From: a virus
Lineage: Duplodnaviria > Caudoviricetes
Length of the DNA stretch: 64,000 bases
IMG/VR virus record: IMGVR_UViG_3300042973_000021
Location: 64,001 to 128,000 of that record
Reading direction: 5' to 3' (one strand)
The translations under genes were made by a program, and so were the position numbers. Of this stretch, positions 58,954-64,000 are shown one piece after another; the stretch's first letter is position 1; each line of letters begins with the position of its first letter. The notes under the pieces were generated by a model. The model was not told where the DNA came from, searched no databases, and saw only the letters and a program-made list of their open reading frames with translations.

Positions 58954-59375
58954 TACTTGATCACCTTCTCTTTCACAAGTCCGTACATGTACTCAGCCTG
59001 CTTTCTAGGATCAGCATGAAACTTCCGCGGCGAGAGGAGTACGAACTCTGTCTCAGGCTTTGGCGGTACTCTTTTTCTGCGTCCCCGCTTTGCGATACCA
59101 TGCACGCAGTATCTTCTCTGAATTTCCTCCTCGCAGGCTGTTATTTCCTCCTCGGTAAGAATCTGCGGATAAAAGTCATCGCCCAGGTATTTCCTGTTGG
59201 TGATGAGCTTTTTCACCCAGGCGTGGCTATGCGAAAGGCCCTCCGCGGAAGCCGCCGAGGCAAGGCTCATCCCGCCAAGATAATTCTTTATAATCCGGTG
59301 AATGGTTTCGGCCTCCTCTTCAACGATTAGGGCCTTTCCGTTCTCAATTCTGTAGCCGTATGGTGTATGTTTCAT
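58953..59375 (-). CDS. Small recombinase-domain protein (middle gene of triplet)
   Basis: PYGY.IENG, N.KYLGD..YPQI; no catalytic domain. Confidence 0.85.
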   Translation of the reverse strand: MKHTPYGYRIENGKALIVEEEAETIHRIIKNYLGGMSLASAASAEGLSHSHAWVKKLITNRKYLGDDFYPQILTEEEITACEEEIQRRYCVHGIAKRGRRKRVPPKPETEFVLLSPRKFHADPRKQAEYMYGLVKEKVIK

Positions 59376-60910
59376 CGAATCACCTCCTTAAAAGTCGGTC
59401 CGCATTTCAGGACAAATTCGATTTCCGTTTTGCTGCGGACGATTATCTTCTCCACAAAGTCTGTAAACAGATCTCCGTCAAACTCTGTGAGCATCCGGCC
59501 CTTTCCGGTATAGCGCATCAGTTTCTCAAGCTCCTCTTCCCTGTCCAAAGAGCTCTCATCTTTTGCAGAAAGAAGCTTCTTTTCTTCAGAAAGTCTGGCC
59601 TTCTCCTTTTCAAGACCGGCACTTTCTCTTTCGTAAGTCTCTGAATCAATTAGTCTCATGGTATAAAAGGAGAGGATCTGCTTTCTTCTCTCCTCGTTCT
59701 TTTTTAGAAGCTCATCGATTCTGGAAAGCTGCTCTCCTCCAGCCGTATGGGACTTATTCCTTACCGAATATCTGTAAGGAACCAGGATCACTTCTCTTGC
59801 AAAAGTAAGCTTGTTCAGCATAGTTGCAAATGCTGCCTGCAGGGCATCCTCCCTGATGGGCTTCTGGCTGCAGGAGTTTCTGTTCTCAAGATGCCCGGAG
59901 CAGGCATAACACCTTCTGCCTTCTGCCCCGATTCTTTTCCACTTTGACCCGCACTCACCGCATATGACTTTTCCTGACATCGGATAGCGGTTCTGCGTCT
60001 GGTCTGTTCCGTAGAAGTTTCCCTTTTCCGCACCGTTCTTTGACATGACTCTGCATGCGGCATCGAAAACCTCCTGGCTGATAATGGCTTCATGATGATC
60101 GGCTACCCTGTACTTCTGCCTCTCACCGTTATTTATGTGGCGGTTGTAATTATCATCTGTGTAGGTCTTCTGCAGGATAAGAGAGCCGGTATAGGTTTCA
60201 TTTCTTATCACGTCCCGGATTGTGCTGCTTCTCCATCTGCCGCCCCTCTTTGTGGTAATGCCATCTGCATTCAGCTCCTTTGCGATTTCTGTTGTGGACT
60301 TGCCGTTTAAGACCCCGTCAAAGATCCGCTTTACCACCCTGGCCTGATCGGAAACCGGTACCATTTTCCTGCCCGCGTATTTATAGCCGTAAGGAGCGGG
60401 GCTTAAGTAAGTCCCGTTGGCAAAGCGCTTCTGCAAGGCCCATCTTTCATTTGAGGAGATTGACTTCGACTCGCTCTGGGCAAGGCTTGAGAGAATGGAG
60501 AGCATAAGTTCGCTTTCCATCTTTCCGGTGTCAATGTTCTCCTTCTCGAAATACATGTAGACGCCTTTGCTCTGAAGCTCCCTTACGATTGCAATGCTGT
60601 CCACGGTATTTCTTGAAAACCGACTTATGGACTTTACGATGACATAGTCGATAAGGCCCTTCTCGCAGTCTTTTATCATCTTAAGTAGTCCTTCTCTCTT
60701 TGCCGTCTTTGTCCCGCTGATGCCCTCATCATAGTAGAGCCCGGCAAACTCCCAGTCCGGCCTTGCCTTTATGTAGGCTTCGTAGTGCCTCTTCTGTGCT
60801 TCAAGGCTTATGAGCTGGTCATCCGAACCTGTGGACACTCTGGCATAGGCAGCCACGCGGAGCTTGATCTTTCCGGCCTTTGCTGCCTCTATCTTTGTTA
60901 TCTGTGCCAT
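59372..60910 (-). CDS. Large serine recombinase
   Basis: [28 protein letters not shown] zinc ribbon. Confidence 0.95.
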   Translation of the reverse strand: MAQITKIEAAKAGKIKLRVAAYARVSTGSDDQLISLEAQKRHYEAYIKARPDWEFAGLYYDEGISGTKTAKREGLLKMIKDCEKGLIDYVIVKSISRFSRNTVDSIAIVRELQSKGVYMYFEKENIDTGKMESELMLSILSSLAQSESKSISSNERWALQKRFANGTYLSPAPYGYKYAGRKMVPVSDQARVVKRIFDGVLNGKSTTEIAKELNADGITTKRGGRWRSSTIRDVIRNETYTGSLILQKTYTDDNYNRHINNGERQKYRVADHHEAIISQEVFDAACRVMSKNGAEKGNFYGTDQTQNRYPMSGKVICGECGSKWKRIGAEGRRCYACSGHLENRNSCSQKPIREDALQAAFATMLNKLTFAREVILVPYRYSVRNKSHTAGGEQLSRIDELLKKNEERRKQILSFYTMRLIDSETYERESAGLEKEKARLSEEKKLLSAKDESSLDREEELEKLMRYTGKGRMLTEFDGDLFTDFVEKIIVRSKTEIEFVLKCGPTFKEVIR

Positions 60911-60940
60911 TTATCTCACCTTCCTTTCTATGGCGCACTA

Positions 60941-60972
60941 CATAAATCACTCTAAAGCGGCTATTTATCAAG
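60941..60972 (-). promoter_or_regulatory. Third copy of CTTGATA-N11-TAGAGTGATTTATG motif, upstream of recombinase operon
   Basis: Same spacing as copies at 21398 and 22437. Confidence 0.55.
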
Positions 60973-61185
60973 TTCATTCGCATCAATCCCGGCGCTTCGC
61001 GGAGAAAAGCTTTCTCTGTTTTTCTCCATGATCCGATCAAACTCCTCCTGGCTGATAAGTCCTTCCTGCAAGAGCTTTTCTGTAAGCTCCCTGGCAAGAA
61101 GATAGCGGTATTCAGCTCTCATGTCCTCGTCCGTTATCTGCCTCGCCTCCGTATTAAACTGTTCAGTTATCTTTGTTACATCCAT
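60961..61185 (-). CDS. SHOCT-like small protein
   Basis: LL.EGLIS.EEF..I motif; precedes recombinase triplet. Confidence 0.75.
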   Translation of the reverse strand: MDVTKITEQFNTEARQITDEDMRAEYRYLLARELTEKLLQEGLISQEEFDRIMEKNRESFSPRSAGIDANELDK

Positions 61186-61241
61186 AAAAAAACACCTCCT
61201 GTCATGTAGCCTTGGCAGGAGGTGAAATCTGACGTTTTTTA

Positions 61242-64000
61242 TTAATCTTTCTGGTAAAATTCGCAGGTGTACCCATCTGCCCGGAGATTAAGGCCAGGTG
61301 CCCAGGAAGGAGCTCTGCCCATCTGCTCACAGAGGGCATTTAAGGAAACCTCTGGATCTGCCTCAATTACAAGCTCGTCATGGATATGCATGACGATAGA
61401 GCAGTTTCTTAAAGTCTTCATAGAGTTGCAGAGAATGTCGCGGGACGTGGCCTGGACGATGTTTTCGACAAACTTCGGCCCGTAGGATTCAAGGCGCTCC
61501 CACTTTCTGGTGCTGCCAGTCCCCTCATAGGTCACGCACTCGCCTCCGAAGCGGTTAACTCCGATTCTCGGACGTGCGTAGGCAAGCTTTCTCCCTGAGG
61601 GAAGAGTGATAAAAAGCATGCCGGACTGATAAAATATGGTGAGCCTTCCAAGCTTCGTGGTCTTATGATATTTCACAGCATCCTTAACAGCCCGGTCCAC
61701 TTCCCACCAGAAGCGGACGATCTGCTTATTTGCACTTCTCCAGGAGGAGACAATGCCCGGAAGCTCATCCTCAGACAGTCCCATCTCGATGGCGCCCATC
61801 GCCTTAAGGGCTCCGGTCGAGCCGCCATAACCACATGCCAATTCCGCTATTTTCCCTTTCTGCCTGAGCTCGCCGTTTACACCATGCTTTACAACCGGCA
61901 CTCCAAACATGCGGCTTGCCGTGGAGCAGTAGATATCTTCTCCGTTTGCAAAGGCTTCTGACTTCCAAGTTTCGCCGGCATACCAGGCGATGACCCTGGC
62001 CTCGATGGCGGAAAAGTCAGCGACATAAAACTTCTGGCCTTCACGAGGGATAAAGGCAGTCCGTATAAGCTGAGACAAAGTGTCCGGGACATCCTCGTAG
62101 AGGAGCTTTACCGAGTCAAAGTCTCCTGAGCGAACCAGGGCTCTTGCTTCTGAAAGGTCGGGCAGATGATTCTGAGGTAGATTTTGTAATTGAATTAAGC
62201 GGCCAGAATTGCCAGTTACCCATACTTTCCCGTTTCTCCTTACCAGAAAATACCCTGTCTTTGTAGCAGCACAGTAAACCTTCCCGTCATAGTCAGTTAT
62301 CGTCGGCTTGACACGGATCTCGTGACCAGCCCCTGGGCTGAGCCAGATATCGAGGATATAAGCGTCTTTCCAGTTTTTATGCTCCCCACTTAGCTTTTTA
62401 AGCCGCAGGGAAGCGCATCTTCCGGACATATGCGCAAGTGCCTGGACAATATCGGCATTCTGCCTGTTGCAGGTGGTGTACTGGATGCTGTTCGGTGCAG
62501 GACAATATCCATCCCACTGCGGAAGCTCATCAAAAAATATATCGGGATTTTCATCAAGGAGCCAGAATCCGAATGTCTTGGTGCGAAATTCCCGAAGCCA
62601 TAGCGGCACGCATCGTGCTGGAATGGTGATTGTCACAGTTCCGTTTGTGTTTTCACGTTCAACAAAGGATATTTCCGCTTTACGCAGAAGATGCTTGCAG
62701 CGCGCAATCTTACGCAGCTTCTTAAAATGGAATCTCACCTCACCGTCAGCCGTATAGTACCCGTCAGCCTGCGTCATGATAAGAACACGGATCCATGCCG
62801 GACTGGCACATCCGCGGTGATATCGGTAACCATTCAATGGTATGCAGGGTTGGCATTTAGCCATTTCTTCAACTGTCATATCTGTCCAGTTGCCCCCATA
62901 TCTTTTCTTTACACGCATTTTGTGATCCGGAGTGGAGCATTGGTCAATCCTGTTGTCCTGATATGTGTACATCTTCCCGCGGTAATCGAATTCCAGTTTT
63001 TCTGCTTTCTGAAAAGATACTGCTTCGGATGTGGCATTCCAGCAGGCGATAGCTCCTCCCTGCCATTCATCAAGTCTCTCCCATCCATCCTGTGTCAGAA
63101 CTTCGTGGTCTCCTGTAAGACACCATCTGCCTGTACGGTTTGCCCCGTAGAACATAAACATTCCTCTGGCCCTGCCGTCAGAGCAGACTGCCCGCTCCAT
63201 CGTCTGGTATTTCTTGACAGACGATTTGGCAAGCTGCAAACGCAGTACAAGGACCTCCTTGATCCCGTCAGGAGCTTCCTTAATCGCGGCTGCCACTTCC
63301 TTTTTACCAAGGCTCTCAAGAGGAAAGCCCTTTTCCTCAAGCCAGTCCTTAAGCTGCATGACGCTGTTCGGGTTAGAAAGCCCTGTCAGCTTTTTAAGCT
63401 CCTCAGTAATCTCACCTTTAGAGATTTCATCCATCTGGATAGCCTTATGGACCAGCTCCATATCAAGCCGGACCCCTCTGTCATTTATCTCCTGGTCGAT
63501 CGTATACTCATCCCATACAAAGTCAGGAACCGGAAAATGTGACAGGCGCTTTTGAATTGCCATTTCAACTTCCACATCTCTTTTGTTATAACGCTTGAAG
63601 GTCTCCCATTTGTCGGGAGCATCAGATGGCAGGTTCCTTTTCCTTCCCCCGTTTGCCTTTGTCGGAGTGCAGGGAAGGGAGAAATACTTGATAAGAGCTT
63701 TTCCTTCATCCATCTTCTGATCTTCTAGTTTCAGGACTTCGCCGGCTCCCTTAAGAGACAACGGAAGTCCAAGAGTCGCTGCCCAGACCATTGAGCAGTG
63801 CCAGCCGGAAGGATTTAAGAACCTGGCAGGCACTGCAGTCAAAGGGTGGTGATCGTAAAAGGGATACAGGCTTACTCCCCGGTCCCGAAGGTACCTTGAC
63901 AGGCAGACCCGCTCAAAGTTAGCGTTAAAGGCCCACTTGATCACTGTATCATCGGTAAGGGCATCAAGAACATCATCCGGGATTGTTTCACCAGATGCCA
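61242..64000 (-). CDS. Phage family-A DNA polymerase containing an intein (start outside window)
   Basis: Collinear with 32043-33977 apart from a 305-aa insert; ADFSAIEAR, MHIHDE motifs. Confidence 0.93.
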   Translation of the reverse strand, partial: ASGETIPDDVLDALTDDTVIKWAFNANFERVCLSRYLRDRGVSLYPFYDHHPLTAVPARFLNPSGWHCSMVWAATLGLPLSLKGAGEVLKLEDQKMDEGKALIKYFSLPCTPTKANGGRKRNLPSDAPDKWETFKRYNKRDVEVEMAIQKRLSHFPVPDFVWDEYTIDQEINDRGVRLDMELVHKAIQMDEISKGEITEELKKLTGLSNPNSVMQLKDWLEEKGFPLESLGKKEVAAAIKEAPDGIKEVLVLRLQLAKSSVKKYQTMERAVCSDGRARGMFMFYGANRTGRWCLTGDHEVLTQDGWERLDEWQGGAIACWNATSEAVSFQKAEKLEFDYRGKMYTYQDNRIDQCSTPDHKMRVKKRYGGNWTDMTVEEMAKCQPCIPLNGYRYHRGCASPAWIRVLIMTQADGYYTADGEVRFHFKKLRKIARCKHLLRKAEISFVERENTNGTVTITIPARCVPLWLREFRTKTFGFWLLDENPDIFFDELPQWDGYCPAPNSIQYTTCNRQNADIVQALAHMSGRCASLRLKKLSGEHKNWKDAYILDIWLSPGAGHEIRVKPTITDYDGKVYCAATKTGYFLVRRNGKVWVTGNSGRLIQLQNLPQNHLPDLSEARALVRSGDFDSVKLLYEDVPDTLSQLIRTAFIPREGQKFYVADFSAIEARVIAWYAGETWKSEAFANGEDIYCSTASRMFGVPVVKHGVNGELRQKGKIAELACGYGGSTGALKAMGAIEMGLSEDELPGIVSSWRSANKQIVRFWWEVDRAVKDAVKYHKTTKLGRLTIFYQSGMLFITLPSGRKLAYARPRIGVNRFGGECVTYEGTGSTRKWERLESYGPKFVENIVQATSRDILCNSMKTLRNCSIVMHIHDELVIEADPEVSLNALCEQMGRAPSWAPGLNLRADGYTCEFYQKD
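62208..63122 (-). mobile_element. Intein with LAGLIDADG-type homing endonuclease
   Basis: Starts CLTGDHEVLT..GW, block B STPDH, ends VYC....GYFLVRRNGKVWVTGN followed by Ser; central TQADG and QWDG motifs. Confidence 0.9.

Larger units (their letters stand above)
57160..64000 (-). mobile_element. Second integrated phage-related element (distal end): DNA polymerase + triple serine recombinase
   Basis: Ends at att junction ~57159; visibly GC-richer than left prophage. Confidence 0.8.

Noticed and set aside
62691-63542. 283-aa + strand ORF and the many other short opposite-strand ORFs in the track
   Set aside because: Shadow frames of well-supported genes, with no recognisable motifs

Overview
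Firmicutes (Clostridia-like) chromosomal region holding several mobile elements stacked in tandem at one integration site. Three junctions (~54760, ~55959, ~57159) each encode a copy of what I recognise as the rlmD/rumA C-terminus (HVE[C/T]V[V/A]LMS). (1) Positions <1 to ~54760 are a siphovirus-type prophage, mostly on the - strand. It carries tail and HK97-type head genes, a terS-terL moron block (metK, methylase, amidoligase, GGCT), a family-A DNA polymerase/primase replication module and a sigma-like regulator. It also has a divergent + strand defence block: a Lamassu/ABC-three-component system, type I R-M with two embedded unknown genes, and a GIY-YIG/DUF4357 gene. The prophage is decaying. 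Five IS families have inserted (IS256 in tape measure, IS110, IS1182, IS30 in hsdR, IS21 in the GIY-YIG gene), and there are two nonsense codons. (2) Positions 54761-57159 are two tandem, slightly diverged 1.2-kb mini-elements. Each is only att arms plus one serine recombinase, with a tandem pair of NrdR-box-like sites next to the att arm. (3) Positions 57160 to >64000 are a second, GC-richer element with a triple serine-recombinase module directly next to an intein-containing DNA polymerase. The main leads are the recombinase-only mini-element, an IS110 bridge RNA whose target guides read as a Shine-Dalgarno sequence, an RNA-switch-like leader of the sigma gene, and the gene pair inside the R-M operon. 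All family assignments come from reading motifs by eye; no searches were run.
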